This document shows, in pieces, positions 8,534 through 17,532 of a stretch of 64,000 nucleotides of DNA. Position 1 is the first letter of the stretch. The number at the start of each line of letters is the position of its first letter. The notes beneath the pieces were generated by a model. The model made no database searches. It was not told the DNA's origin and saw nothing but the letters and a program-made list of their open reading frames with translations. The stretch is from Thermoplasmata archaeon (GTDB lineage Archaea > Thermoplasmatota > Thermoplasmata > Lutacidiplasmatales > UBA184), in assembly GCA_035945215.1 (NCBI GenBank), contig DASZAJ010000007.1, positions 7,264 to 71,263 of the forward strand. Reading direction: 5' to 3'. Both the position numbers and the translations under genes were made by a program.

Positions 8534-9048
8534 CGTTCGAGCTCTTCGACGAGGTGCTGGACCGACGGAAGGATCAACCGTTCGACCGCCATCCGGACCG
8601 CCCGCTCGGAACCGGGCAGCGCGAAGACGGGCTTGAGCTTCACGACGTAGAGTCCGGCCCGACTCAGCGTGGCCAGTGGCCCGACCTCGGCATAGCTGAG
8701 CGCCCGATAGATCTCGCCAAAACCGGGGAGCAGGCGACCGCCCATCCCCTCGAGGGCGTTGATGGTGAGGTCGCGGGAGCTCGCGCCGGTCCCCCCGACC
8801 GTGATGGCGATCTCAGCTTCACGACCCTCGAGCAGGGGTTCGAGCGCCTCGCGCACGTCGGCGACGGAGTTGGCCACGAGATGGTATCGGACGAGGTGGT
8901 GTCCGCTCGCGACGAGCAGGTCGCGCGCCAAGTGCCCCGAAGGGTCGTCCTCCTCGGTGTGGGTATCGGAGACGGATAGGACCACGACGCCGAGCGAACG
9001 GGTACCCCCGAGGTGGTGGCGTCGGGGTGGGGAATCCGCTTCGGTCAC
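8530..9048 (-). CDS. moaB: molybdenum cofactor biosynthesis protein MoaB/MogA family
   Basis: Motifs: LGVVVLSVSDTHTEEDDPSGHL, ITVGGTGASSRD and GMGGRLLPGFGE. I place the start at GTG 9048, overlapping the moaC stop (GTGA). The rest of the long ORF upstream would run into moaC. Confidence 0.7.
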   Translation of the reverse strand: MTEADSPPRRHHLGGTRSLGVVVLSVSDTHTEEDDPSGHLARDLLVASGHHLVRYHLVANSVADVREALEPLLEGREAEIAITVGGTGASSRDLTINALEGMGGRLLPGFGEIYRALSYAEVGPLATLSRAGLYVVKLKPVFALPGSERAVRMAVERLILPSVQHLVEELER

Positions 9049-9494
9049 GCCGGTCCCTCCGCCGCCTTGCGCTTCTCGGTGAGGCGGACGGGGCCCAATC
9101 GCACGTTGGGATACAATCCCCGTTCGTCCTTTTCGAGGTACTTCACCATGTCCCAAACCGTGAGGAGGGCGACGGTAGCTCCGACGAGGGCCTCCATCTC
9201 GACTCCCGTGCGGCCCATCGTCTCCGCTTCCGCCACCACCTCGACGGCGCGCGCGCCCGGCCGCACGTCGACCCGGCTCCCCGTAAGTGGGACGATATGG
9301 CAATGGGGGATCAACTCGGAGGTCCGCTTCATCGCCTGCAGGCCCGCGATCTCGGCCGCCGAGATCGGATCGCCCTTCCCGACCGTGCGGGCGCCGATCG
9401 CGGCCAAGGTCGGGTTCGAAACAGTGAGCTCGCCGACCGCCCGGGCCCTTCGGAACACCGGCGGCTTGGCGTCGACGGAACGCTGTCGGGCCAT
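9045..9494 (-). CDS. moaC: cyclic pyranopterin monophosphate synthase accessory protein MoaC
   Basis: 149 aa. The regions VGELTVSNPTLAAIGARTVGKGD, TSELIPHCHIVPLT and GVEMEALVGATVALLTVWDMVK match MoaC. Confidence 0.85.
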   Translation of the reverse strand: MARQRSVDAKPPVFRRARAVGELTVSNPTLAAIGARTVGKGDPISAAEIAGLQAMKRTSELIPHCHIVPLTGSRVDVRPGARAVEVVAEAETMGRTGVEMEALVGATVALLTVWDMVKYLEKDERGLYPNVRLGPVRLTEKRKAAEGPA

Positions 9495-9497
9495 CGG

Positions 9498-10481
9498 CTA
9501 CGGCCTCGCCGGCCGCAAGGAGCCAAGGTGCGCCAGGACCGTTTCCATTTGGAGCCGTTCGGAAGCGCCCATGGCCAATCGAAAGTCGACCTCGCCGAGG
9601 AGTTCGACGATCCGGATCTTCATGGCGTCGGGCACGCTGGACTCCGGAAGATCGGGCACGTAGGCGTGGATCGACCGGAGGATATCCTCCCCGCTGGCCC
9701 CCCGGTCAGTGAAAAGCCGATAGAGCCGGTCCCGCGCCGCGAGGAAATCGGGGCGTAGCGCCAGTTCGAGCATCTCCTTGATCTCATCGCGCATCGGGAT
9801 CGTCGTGCATCGCCGGACGGTCTCGAGGGTTACGGGGTTCGCGAACGTCGCGGTCAGCTGCAGCGTATTCGTGGCCCGGCGGAGATCGCCCGCGGCGGCG
9901 ACGAGGATCGCCTCGAGCGCATCCGCGTCCAGGCGCACCCCCTCACCCTTGGCGACGCGGTCGAGCTGACCTTTCACCTGCGCGGGCGTGAACGCGCGGA
10001 ACCGGAACACCGCGCATCGGGATTGGATGGGGTCGATGATCCGGGAGGAGTAGTTGCAGGAGAGTACGAACCGACACGCTCCTGAGTATCGTTCCATCAT
10101 CCGGCGCAGCGACGCCTGCGCCTCGGCGGTCAGATTGTCCGCCTCGTCCAGGAAGAGGAGCTTGAATCCCACCCCCCCGATCGGCGCGCTGCGCGCATAC
10201 TCCTTGATCGTCGTCCGTACGGTCTCGATCCCCCGCTCGTCCGAGGCATTGAGCTCGAGGAAATTCTGCCGCCACTCCTCGCCGAACAGGTCCCGTGCCA
10301 AGGCCAGCGCCGCGGTGGTCTTTCCCGTGCCGGGGGGTCCGGCGAACAATAGGTGGGGGAGCGAGTGCTTCTGCGCGTAGGCCTGCAGGAGCGGGACGAT
10401 CCCCTCCTGGCCCACCATCTCCGAGAGGGTCCGAGGGCGGTATTTCTCCACCCAAACAGCGGACGGTCGAGCCTCCCCCAT
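9498..10481 (-). CDS. rfcS: replication factor C small subunit
   Basis: The gene starts at internal ATG 10481 (MGEARPSAVWVEKYRP). The Walker A is PHLLFAGPPGTGKTT. The DEAD-type box (LLFLDEADNLTAEAQ), a SRC-type region and CNYSSRIIDPIQSRC follow. 327 aa is the typical length. Confidence 0.9.
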   Translation of the reverse strand: MGEARPSAVWVEKYRPRTLSEMVGQEGIVPLLQAYAQKHSLPHLLFAGPPGTGKTTAALALARDLFGEEWRQNFLELNASDERGIETVRTTIKEYARSAPIGGVGFKLLFLDEADNLTAEAQASLRRMMERYSGACRFVLSCNYSSRIIDPIQSRCAVFRFRAFTPAQVKGQLDRVAKGEGVRLDADALEAILVAAAGDLRRATNTLQLTATFANPVTLETVRRCTTIPMRDEIKEMLELALRPDFLAARDRLYRLFTDRGASGEDILRSIHAYVPDLPESSVPDAMKIRIVELLGEVDFRLAMGASERLQMETVLAHLGSLRPARP

Positions 10482-10549
10482 GGCGCACCGACTCCGGGGA
10501 CGATGCCCCGCAGAAAAGCGTATTGGAAGCTCGGGGGCAGCGTTTCGGT

Positions 10550-10810
10550 TTACGGACGCCCAAACCCCGAATCCAGCAGGTCCTCTTCCTCTGTGACATG
10601 GCGGGCCAGCGCCTCCCAAACCAACCGCCAGTACTGGCCCAGGGCCTGGCGATTGCCCCCATGGCCGTCCCGGCGTACGATCTCGCGGAGCGCTCGAAGC
10701 TCGAGGATCGATTCGCCGAATTGTTCGTGGTCGGCTAGCAGCCTTTCGGCTCGACGGCGGCTGGCCGGATGGGCGTCCATGGAGGTCGCCAGCCAAAGAT
10801 CGAGCCGCAT
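10550..10810 (-). CDS. hemerythrin/HHE-like small protein, start uncertain
   Basis: The C-terminal 87 aa (MRLDLWLATSMDAHPASRRRAERLLADHEQFGESILELRAL...ARHVTEEEDLL) carry H...HE and HxxxE spacing. The N-terminal 130 aa of the track ORF are Arg/Pro-rich and would overlap the neighbouring gene. Confidence 0.35.
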   Translation of the reverse strand: MRLDLWLATSMDAHPASRRRAERLLADHEQFGESILELRALREIVRRDGHGGNRQALGQYWRLVWEALARHVTEEEDLLDSGFGRP

Positions 10811-11022
10811 CCGGTGCCGTTCGAAGGCCGACGCCAGCTCCCGGGCGGCTCGGTCGAGCTCATCGGCCGGGATGGGCTCCAGGTGAACGAGGTCGTCCGG
10901 CAGCCGGCGCCAGGTGGCGAGGAGTCGGCGGATCCGCTCGATCTCCTCGGGCGCCTCGCGCCGGAGGACCTGAGCGCCGTGAGCTCCGGGTGGTGCCCGG
11001 TCGGGGCGCACCGTGGGGGTGG

Positions 11023-11439
11023 TCACGGATCGAATGCCGGCCGCGCCGGGGTCCGATGGGATCGCAGAGCGCCCCACCCTGCCGTCAGGGTCCCCAAGAT
11101 CAGGTAGACAACAGCGAGCGTGGCGGACGCACCGGGAAGATAGAGCAGGGATCGGTTCGCGGCGAAGAGCACGAAACCCGCGAGGATCATTGAGGCGGGT
11201 ACCAACCACATCCCGATCGCGAAGTAGGCGATGGCTCCCCCGACGATGAACGTCACGGCCAGCAAGAACGCGAGGTCCAACGCCTCGGATCGGTGGCCCT
11301 CGGCCAGGATCAGCAATCCCCCGGCGACGATCGCCGCCGCTCCGACGATCAGCGGGAGGGCGACCGACCGATCGTACAGCACGATCGCCGTCGCCCGATC
11401 ATCCTCCCCACCCGGCGGTGGACCGATCGATTCGCTCAT
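11023..11439 (-). CDS. small membrane protein (4 predicted TM helices)
   Basis: 138 aa with hydrophobic helices LPLIVGAAAIVAGGLLIL, LAFLLAVTFIVGGAIAYFAIGMWLV, ILAGFVLFAA and TLAVVYLILGTLTAGW. Confidence 0.55.
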   Translation of the reverse strand: MSESIGPPPGGEDDRATAIVLYDRSVALPLIVGAAAIVAGGLLILAEGHRSEALDLAFLLAVTFIVGGAIAYFAIGMWLVPASMILAGFVLFAANRSLLYLPGASATLAVVYLILGTLTAGWGALRSHRTPARPAFDP

Positions 11440-11471
11440 TCGGACCGGACCGCACCGTCGGACGATTCTTT

Positions 11472-12296
11472 ATGCTACTCGGGGTTCGCCGCGACGGTAG
11501 GAAAGAGATGCGAGAGCTCCTGGCCCACGTCCAGTTCCGCGGCATCATACGGGAGCGGTCCGTGGAGCCGTTCCTCGCCCTTCTGCGGACCCTCCGGGAA
11601 AGGCGTCGGGTCCGGGGGGTTCTCCTCGACATCTCGAGCGGGGGCGGGGGCGACATTCCGTCGACCGACCTGCACCTGGCGATCAAGCGACTGGACGCGG
11701 TGAAGCCCGTCGTCGCGAGCATCGGCTCGATCGGGGCCTCCGGCGCCTATATGGCGGCCCTGGGCGCCCGGAAGCTGTTTGCCTATCCGGACTCGGCCGT
11801 CGGATCGATCGGTGTCGTGGTCCCACACGTCGCCGTCCAGAAGCTCCTCGACAAGCTCGGCATCCAAGTGGACCTGCTCCACGAGGGCCGCCACAAGGAT
11901 GCCTATCAGGGGCTTCGACCGCTCTCCGAGGAGGAGCGGGCGAAACTGCAGGCGGTGGCCCACGATTCATACGAGTCGTTCGTGGCGATGGTCGCGCGGG
12001 AGCGACATCGGCCGTTGGACGAGATCCGCGCGCTGGCGACCGGGGAGTTTTGGAGTGGCACGCGGGCACTCGAGCTCGGCCTGATCGACGCCCTCGGCGA
12101 TCGCGAAACCGCCCTCGAGGAACTCGCCCGTATGACCTCGGTCCCCGCTCGGAAGACCCTCCGAGTGGCTCCGCCGCGACCGTTCCTCGAGCGCTTCTTC
12201 CAAAGCGGCCTGTCGCTTGCGCCCGGGCTGGTCGTTGGGCTCCGGGACGCCATCGAGGATTCGATACTCGAGCTGAGCGGGCCGGGGCGCCTGTAG
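11472..12296 (+). CDS. sppA: signal peptide peptidase SppA (S49 family)
   Basis: Features: GVLLDISSGGGGDIPSTDL, VVASIGSIGASGAYMAALGARKLFAYPDSAVGSIGVV and a Ser/Lys dyad region. The start is either ATG 11472 or ATG 11508. Confidence 0.8.
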   Translation: MLLGVRRDGRKEMRELLAHVQFRGIIRERSVEPFLALLRTLRERRRVRGVLLDISSGGGGDIPSTDLHLAIKRLDAVKPVVASIGSIGASGAYMAALGARKLFAYPDSAVGSIGVVVPHVAVQKLLDKLGIQVDLLHEGRHKDAYQGLRPLSEEERAKLQAVAHDSYESFVAMVARERHRPLDEIRALATGEFWSGTRALELGLIDALGDRETALEELARMTSVPARKTLRVAPPRPFLERFFQSGLSLAPGLVVGLRDAIEDSILELSGPGRL

Positions 12297-12310
12297 CGCC
12301 CGTCCGCATC

Positions 12311-12319
12311 GATAAATAG
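12311..12319 (+). promoter_or_regulatory. TATA-like box (gataaatag) about 29 nt upstream of the Sec61-beta ATG
   Basis: It is an AT-rich octamer in an otherwise GC-rich spacer. The spacing fits a leaderless archaeal transcript. Confidence 0.4.
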
Positions 12320-12343
12320 CCCGGCGGGGCTGCTGGATCGGCG

Positions 12344-12505
12344 ATGCCCGACAGCAGCAAACGCGGATTCTCCTCCGCGGCCGGACTCATCCAGTATTAC
12401 GACATGGAAGAGTCTCGGGCGCTCAAGATCGACCCGTACATCGTGATCATCCTCGGCCTCGGGGCTGCCGTGGTCGTAGAGATCCTCAGCTGGAAGGTCG
12501 TCTGA
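12344..12505 (+). CDS. preprotein translocase subunit Sec61-beta (SecG-type), unannotated small ORF
   Basis: Hand translation gives MPDSSKRGFSSAAGLIQYYDMEESRALKIDPYIVIILGLGAAVVVEILSWKVV (53 aa). It has the conserved GLIRYY-like motif and a single C-terminal TM. It falls below the 60-aa cutoff of the ORF track. Confidence 0.75.
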   Translation: MPDSSKRGFSSAAGLIQYYDMEESRALKIDPYIVIILGLGAAVVVEILSWKVV

Positions 12506-12509
12506 TCCC

Positions 12510-12920
12510 TCACTCGCCGAGAACCTTCACGATCACCCGCTTCCGGCGCTGGCCGTCGAATTCGGCGTAGAAGACCTGCTCCCACGGCCCGAGGTCCAGC
12601 CGGCCCTGGGTCACCGGGAGGACGACTTGGTGGCCCAGCAGGAGGTTCTTCAGGTGGGCGTCGCCATTCGATTCGCCCGTGCGGTGGTGGGCGTAGTCCA
12701 TTTCCGGGACCAAACGTGCGGCCCAGCGCTCGATGTCCTCGAGGAGACCCGCCTCGTTATCGTTCACGTAGACGGCCGCGGTGATGTGCATCGCCGAGAC
12801 CAGGCAGAGACCCTCCCGGATGCCACTTCTTTCGACGATGTCGGCGACGGCATTCGTGAGGTTGACGAACCCCCGGTGGCCGGGGGTGTGCATCCACAGG
12901 TACTCGGTCGCCGCCTTCAT
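12510..12920 (-). CDS. YjbQ/UPF0047 family (secondary thiamine-phosphate synthase-like) protein
   Basis: 136 aa. The regions [36 protein letters not shown] and [15 protein letters not shown] match the YjbQ family. Confidence 0.8.
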   Translation of the reverse strand: MKAATEYLWMHTPGHRGFVNLTNAVADIVERSGIREGLCLVSAMHITAAVYVNDNEAGLLEDIERWAARLVPEMDYAHHRTGESNGDAHLKNLLLGHQVVLPVTQGRLDLGPWEQVFYAEFDGQRRKRVIVKVLGE

Positions 12921-12932
12921 CGCGGTCGGCGG

Positions 12933-13898
12933 TCAGGCGATCCCCTCGATCGGGGTGGGACCCAGGCCCGGCAGATACCGGTCCTCGTCCGGCCGGCCGA
13001 GGAGCAGCACTTTCGACTCGGGGGACTCATCGAGCACCGTGAGGCCGGTCTGGCGGGCGAGCGCCCGCGCGAATCCGGCGATCTCGGCATGCTCGGGCAC
13101 GTGGGCCCGACCCAGCCGCTGGCGGGACTTACCCATGTACACGTATCCTTTCGGCTCGATGAAGTTCGGGCGGGCCCGCTCATCCAGCGCGGCATACTGG
13201 TCGACCCAACCAAGGTTCCAGCCCCGCACCAAGGTGTGGCGAACGACCCGACGCGTTCGCAACCCGCGAACGATCTCCAGGGATTCGAGCAGCCGCTCCC
13301 AAGCGTCCGGTTGGGCCGGCATGGTCAATCGCCGAAAGACCTCGGGATTCGGGGCAGTTACCGACACGTAGAGTTGGGTCGGCAGAGGGTCCATATGCCG
13401 GAGGGCGTCCGGATTCGTCCCGTTGGTCACCAGGAAGGTGGTGATCCCCCGCGCCTCGCAAAGGCTGAGGAATCGGTTCATCTTCGGGTACAACGTGGGT
13501 TCCCCCGTCAGGGAGATCGCCACGTGGCGGGGGGACTGGGACGCCTCCCACCGATCGCGCGGGATCGTCGGATCGCCTTTGAAGCCGGAGAGGATCCTCT
13601 GTTGCGCCTCGATCGACCGGTCCAGAAGGGTCTCCGGATCGTCGAATTCCGGCATCAATTCGTCGTTCTCCCAGCCCTGGTTCCGCCAGCAGAACCGGCA
13701 ATGCAAATTGCACGAGTCGATCGCCGGCGACATCTGGAGGCACCGATGGCTTTCGATCCCGTAGAAGCGTCCCTTGTAGCAGTCCCGACCTTTCGTCAAC
13801 GACTGTCGGGTCCAATAGCATAACTTGACGGCGCTGTGCCGACCGACCAGCTGATAGCCTTGGCCGACAAGTTCCCCGGCCAGGTCCTGGTCCCCCAT
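12933..13898 (-). CDS. taw1: tRNA 4-demethylwyosine synthase (Taw1/TYW1), radical SAM
   Basis: The N-terminus reads HSAVKLCYWTRQSL. The radical-SAM Cys motif is CNLHCRFCWR. 321 aa is the archaeal Taw1 length. Confidence 0.85.
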   Translation of the reverse strand: MGDQDLAGELVGQGYQLVGRHSAVKLCYWTRQSLTKGRDCYKGRFYGIESHRCLQMSPAIDSCNLHCRFCWRNQGWENDELMPEFDDPETLLDRSIEAQQRILSGFKGDPTIPRDRWEASQSPRHVAISLTGEPTLYPKMNRFLSLCEARGITTFLVTNGTNPDALRHMDPLPTQLYVSVTAPNPEVFRRLTMPAQPDAWERLLESLEIVRGLRTRRVVRHTLVRGWNLGWVDQYAALDERARPNFIEPKGYVYMGKSRQRLGRAHVPEHAEIAGFARALARQTGLTVLDESPESKVLLLGRPDEDRYLPGLGPTPIEGIA

Positions 13899-14090
13899 GC
13901 CCAGCGGGACCTCTATCGACCGGCCCTTATCCTCCTTTGGACCCCGCCCAATCGGGACCCCGACCCGCCATCCCCTCGACGGCGACCGATGCGGGCCGGA
14001 CTTCGACGGCGACGCGATAGCCGAGCGCGCGGGCCCGGCTCCGGGGGGCGGCCATCGTTATCCCCGTCCGTTCTAGTCGACCGATCCGGC

Positions 14091-14414
14091 ATGGTCGAGC
14101 AACTGCGTCCGGAGGATGTCGCTCGTCGACTCTCCGAGCATCCCGAGGGGATCGTTCTGCTCGACGTGCGCGAGGATTGGGAGAGGACCACGGCGCGGAT
14201 CGAACCCTCCCTGCACATTCCCATGCAACAGGTCCCCGATCGCTTGGGCGAACTGCCCAAGCGGGGGCTGATCGTGGTGTATTGCCATTCCGGCGTCCGT
14301 TCGGCGATGGTGGCGGCGTACCTCGCTGGCCACGGGTTCCGCTCCGTGGCCAACCTCTCGGGGGGAATCGACGCCTGGTCCACGGAGCTGGACGCGACCA
14401 TCCCGCGATACTAG
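14091..14414 (+). CDS. rhodanese-domain sulfurtransferase (single domain)
   Basis: The catalytic loop is VVYCHSGVRSAMVAAYL. There is an ATG at 14091. The upstream in-frame extension is Pro/Arg-rich and unlikely to be coding. Confidence 0.75.
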   Translation: MVEQLRPEDVARRLSEHPEGIVLLDVREDWERTTARIEPSLHIPMQQVPDRLGELPKRGLIVVYCHSGVRSAMVAAYLAGHGFRSVANLSGGIDAWSTELDATIPRY

Positions 14415-14424
14415 GGGCGGCCTC

Positions 14425-15177
14425 GTGTCCGACTCGCTCGAATCCCTCCGTCGAGAAGTGATCGGTTGTGGGCGATGCCCCCGACTCGTCGCATACCGTC
14501 AGCGTGTGGCGATCGAAAAGAAGCGCGAGTTCCGGGGGCAGGAGTACTGGGGGCGGCCGGTCCCCGGGTTCGGGGATCCGCAGGCCGCGCTCGTCCTGGT
14601 CGGCCTCGCCCCGGCCGCGCATGGCTCGAACCGGACCGGCCGCGTATTCACCGGGGACCGTTCGGCCGCCTTCCTCGTGCGCGCCCTGTACGAGGCGGGA
14701 TTTTCCAATCAACCGACATCCGTGGGTCGGGGGGACGGGCTGCGCTACACGGGGGTGTACGTGACGGCGGCCGTGCGATGCGTCCCACCGGACAACCGGC
14801 CCTCGCCGGCGGAGCTCGACCACTGCCTGCCCTACCTCGAGCGCGAGCTGCGCCTGCTTCCGAACGCCCGCGCGGTGCTCGCGCTCGGGGGGTTCGCTTG
14901 GGAGGCCACCCTGAGGGCCCTGGCCGCCGTGTACGGGTCCCCCCTTCGCAAGGTGCCGTTCGCGCACGGGCTGGCCCTGCCCCTCGGGCCGGGGCGGCCG
15001 ATCGCGTGGGCGTCCTATCATCCAAGTCCCCAGAACACGAACACCGGACGGTTGACCGCCCCGATGTTGATCGGACTCCTCCGTCAGATCCGCGGTTCTT
15101 GGACCGGGGGCCCCCGGCTCGGAGGTTCCCCGCCCGCATCCCTCGGTCCCGCGAGGGCGTCGGGCCGCCAAAGGTAA
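14425..15177 (+). CDS. uracil-DNA glycosylase, family 4/5 (UdgB-like, GLAPAAHG motif)
   Basis: The N-terminus has the Fe-S Cys cluster CGRCPRL. Motif A is LVGLAPAAHG (family-5-like). HPSPQN lies near the C-terminus. Confidence 0.8.
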   Translation: MSDSLESLRREVIGCGRCPRLVAYRQRVAIEKKREFRGQEYWGRPVPGFGDPQAALVLVGLAPAAHGSNRTGRVFTGDRSAAFLVRALYEAGFSNQPTSVGRGDGLRYTGVYVTAAVRCVPPDNRPSPAELDHCLPYLERELRLLPNARAVLALGGFAWEATLRALAAVYGSPLRKVPFAHGLALPLGPGRPIAWASYHPSPQNTNTGRLTAPMLIGLLRQIRGSWTGGPRLGGSPPASLGPARASGRQR

Positions 15178-15205
15178 TCCGAGGGCCGTCACCTCCGCGG
15201 CCCGG

Positions 15206-17158
15206 ATGGCCGACTTCGAGCTCGTCGAGCGGGACGGCCTCGCGCGCATCGGTCGACTGCCCACCCCGCATGGGGTCGTCGAGACCCCGGCGCTGCTGCC
15301 GGTGGTCCACCCGGATCCGGCGCGCCAGCCGATCCCCCCAAAGGAGATCCGGACCCGGTTCGGGTTGGGTGCGGTGATCACCAGTGCGTACATCACCTGG
15401 CGGACGCCCCCGCTGCGGGAGGTCGCCGAATCTCGCGGCATTCACGGACTGCTCGATTTCGATGGGCCGGTGATGACCGACTCGGGGGCTTTCCAACAAC
15501 ACGCCTACGGGCACATCGAGGTGTCCGACGAGGCGATCTTTTCGTTCGAACGGCGGATCGGGGCGGACATCGCCACCGTCCTCGACATCTTCACCGAACC
15601 CGACGCGCGCGCCGACGAAGCGCTGCGGGCCCTGGAGGAAACGAGCGCCCGCGCCAAGCGGGCCCGGGAGCTCCACAAGGGGCTGCTGGCCGTCCCAGTC
15701 CAGGGGGGCCTCCACGCAACGCTCCGGTACCGCTCGGCTTGTGAGGCGTCGGAGATCGGGGACGTGCTGGCGGTCGGAGGGGTGGTGCCCCTCATGGAGC
15801 GCTACCGGTTCGCCGACCTGGCGAGGGTTCTGATCGCGGCGCGGCCCGGCTTGGCGCCGGGGGGCGTGGTGCACCTCTTCGGGAGCGGGCACCCGATGGC
15901 CTTTGCCTTCGCCGCTCTCTTCGGGGTCGATCTGTTCGACTCGTCCTCGTACCTAAAGTTCGCCCGGCGGGGGGCGCTCATGTTCCCGGACGGGACGGTC
16001 GCGCTCGAGGAAATCCGGGAACCGATCTGCCGATGCGCCCTGTGTGAGCGGCTCCCGCTCCACGAGGTCGCCCGCCTGGATCGCCCCGAACAACTGGTTC
16101 GGATCGCGGAACACAATCTGCTCCAGTGTGCCCAAGAGCTCAGCCAAGTACGCCAGGCGATCCGGGACGGCACGCTCTGGGAGCTCGCCGAGCGACGGGC
16201 CGCGGGCCACCCGGCGTTGCAAGCCGGCATGCGGACGGTGGTTCGGGGGGTACGGACGTTCCTCCCCACGGAACCCGAGAGTCGCCGCGCGTTCCGGGTG
16301 GTCGGGGCCACGAGCGGCCTTCGACCCTCCGTCATCCGATTCCTCGCCCAGGTCGCCCGTTGGAAGGCCGGCCGCGGCCCGTACCGGGACCATCCCAGGG
16401 TCCCGCTCACCCCGGCCGGGATCGGCCGGACACCCACCCAGACCCGTTCGGGGACGGTCCTCCACTGGGCGGTGAACACGCCGATCGGCGCGGTCCCCCT
16501 CGAGCTGACGGAGATCTATCCGATCGGCTGCTACCTGGGACTCGAGGAATTCGAAAGCGCGGCGGATCAAGCCGCCCCCGCCACGCCGGAGGAGGCGCCG
16601 GACGTCGATCCGGGCCGGGAGTACATCGCCGAGTGGACCCACCGGCAGATCCGGGGCCTCCTGGAGTGGGTCCACGGTTCCGAAGGGGCGGACGCCCTCC
16701 AGCCGGACGGGCTTGTCGGGGAGCGGTCGCGGCGGACCGGCCGGCTGCGCCGTGTGCTGCGCGACGGCGAGCGGCTCTTCACCCTAGGAAACGATGGGAT
16801 CCCCCGGCCGACGTGGAAGGGGGCCGAGCTCGTCCATCGAACCCGCCCGTTTCCCGCGCAGCGGATCATCGCCGACGCCGACGCCGTGCCATTTGTCGAG
16901 GCGGGGCGCAGTCTGTTCTCCCGGTTCGTTCGCGGGGGCGACTCTTCCCTGGTTCCCGGCGCGAGCGCGCTCGTCGTCGACGGAGCCGACCGCCTCCTCG
17001 CGGTGGGGCGCCTCGTCCTGGCGCCGCCCGAGATGGGTCGGGTCCCCCGGGCCGTCGCGGTCCGGATCGTCGCGCATCGGCACCGTCCCGACGGAGAAGC
17101 GGACCCGGAACCCGCCAGGTCGGGCGACCCCGGCTCGTCGGAGGCCGGTGAGCTTTAA
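15206..17158 (+). CDS. tgtA: archaeosine tRNA-guanine transglycosylase (ArcTGT) with C-terminal PUA region
   Basis: The N-terminus matches a TGT TIM barrel (GRLPTPHGVVETPALLPVV...VMTDSGAFQ). The Zn site is CRCALCE. The 650-aa length includes the extra C-terminal domains. Confidence 0.85.
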   Translation: MADFELVERDGLARIGRLPTPHGVVETPALLPVVHPDPARQPIPPKEIRTRFGLGAVITSAYITWRTPPLREVAESRGIHGLLDFDGPVMTDSGAFQQHAYGHIEVSDEAIFSFERRIGADIATVLDIFTEPDARADEALRALEETSARAKRARELHKGLLAVPVQGGLHATLRYRSACEASEIGDVLAVGGVVPLMERYRFADLARVLIAARPGLAPGGVVHLFGSGHPMAFAFAALFGVDLFDSSSYLKFARRGALMFPDGTVALEEIREPICRCALCERLPLHEVARLDRPEQLVRIAEHNLLQCAQELSQVRQAIRDGTLWELAERRAAGHPALQAGMRTVVRGVRTFLPTEPESRRAFRVVGATSGLRPSVIRFLAQVARWKAGRGPYRDHPRVPLTPAGIGRTPTQTRSGTVLHWAVNTPIGAVPLELTEIYPIGCYLGLEEFESAADQAAPATPEEAPDVDPGREYIAEWTHRQIRGLLEWVHGSEGADALQPDGLVGERSRRTGRLRRVLRDGERLFTLGNDGIPRPTWKGAELVHRTRPFPAQRIIADADAVPFVEAGRSLFSRFVRGGDSSLVPGASALVVDGADRLLAVGRLVLAPPEMGRVPRAVAVRIVAHRHRPDGEADPEPARSGDPGSSEAGEL

Positions 17159-17178
17159 TCGCCGTCCGCGACTAGCGG

Positions 17179-17445
17179 GTGGGTCCCGGCGGCCCACGAC
17201 CGGGATCGGAAGCGATGCGGACCTATCTCCTACTGCACCTCGATAGTGAGGGCGGCACGTATTCGGAGATCGCGGAGACCTTGGTCGACCTAGGGTTCCG
17301 CCCCCACACAGACGGCGGATACGATTTCGTGTACGATTGGGGCCGCGAAGCGACGGTCCAGGAATCGCTCGCGTTCGCCGACCGGGTCCAGGCCGCGATG
17401 CAAGGCCAACGGACCTACTTCCGCATCGAATCGATCGAAGACTGA
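17179..17445 (+). CDS. small hypothetical protein
   Basis: The 88-aa ORF lies between tgtA and kae1 and has balanced composition (MRTYLLLHLDSEGGTYSEIAETLVDLGF...). I could not assign a family. Confidence 0.4.
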   Translation: MGPGGPRPGSEAMRTYLLLHLDSEGGTYSEIAETLVDLGFRPHTDGGYDFVYDWGREATVQESLAFADRVQAAMQGQRTYFRIESIED

Positions 17446-17532
17446 GCGCGCGGCGCGCGGGCGGGACCCGGTCTGCTCCGGCGATCTCGGTGGACCCCGC
17501 GGCCTTTTACCGAGGACGCGCAGTACGGCCCG

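Noticed and set aside
10481-10796. N-terminal 105 aa of the RFC track ORF, and the 130-aa extension of 10550..11209
   Set aside because: They are Pro/Arg/Ser-rich and would overlap neighbours. The internal ATGs give canonical protein N-termini.
13927-17151. Long antisense ORFs (504, 414, 341 and 240 aa) across rhodanese/UDG/arcTGT
   Set aside because: They have a low-complexity R/G/P composition. The sense-strand genes have clear family motifs.
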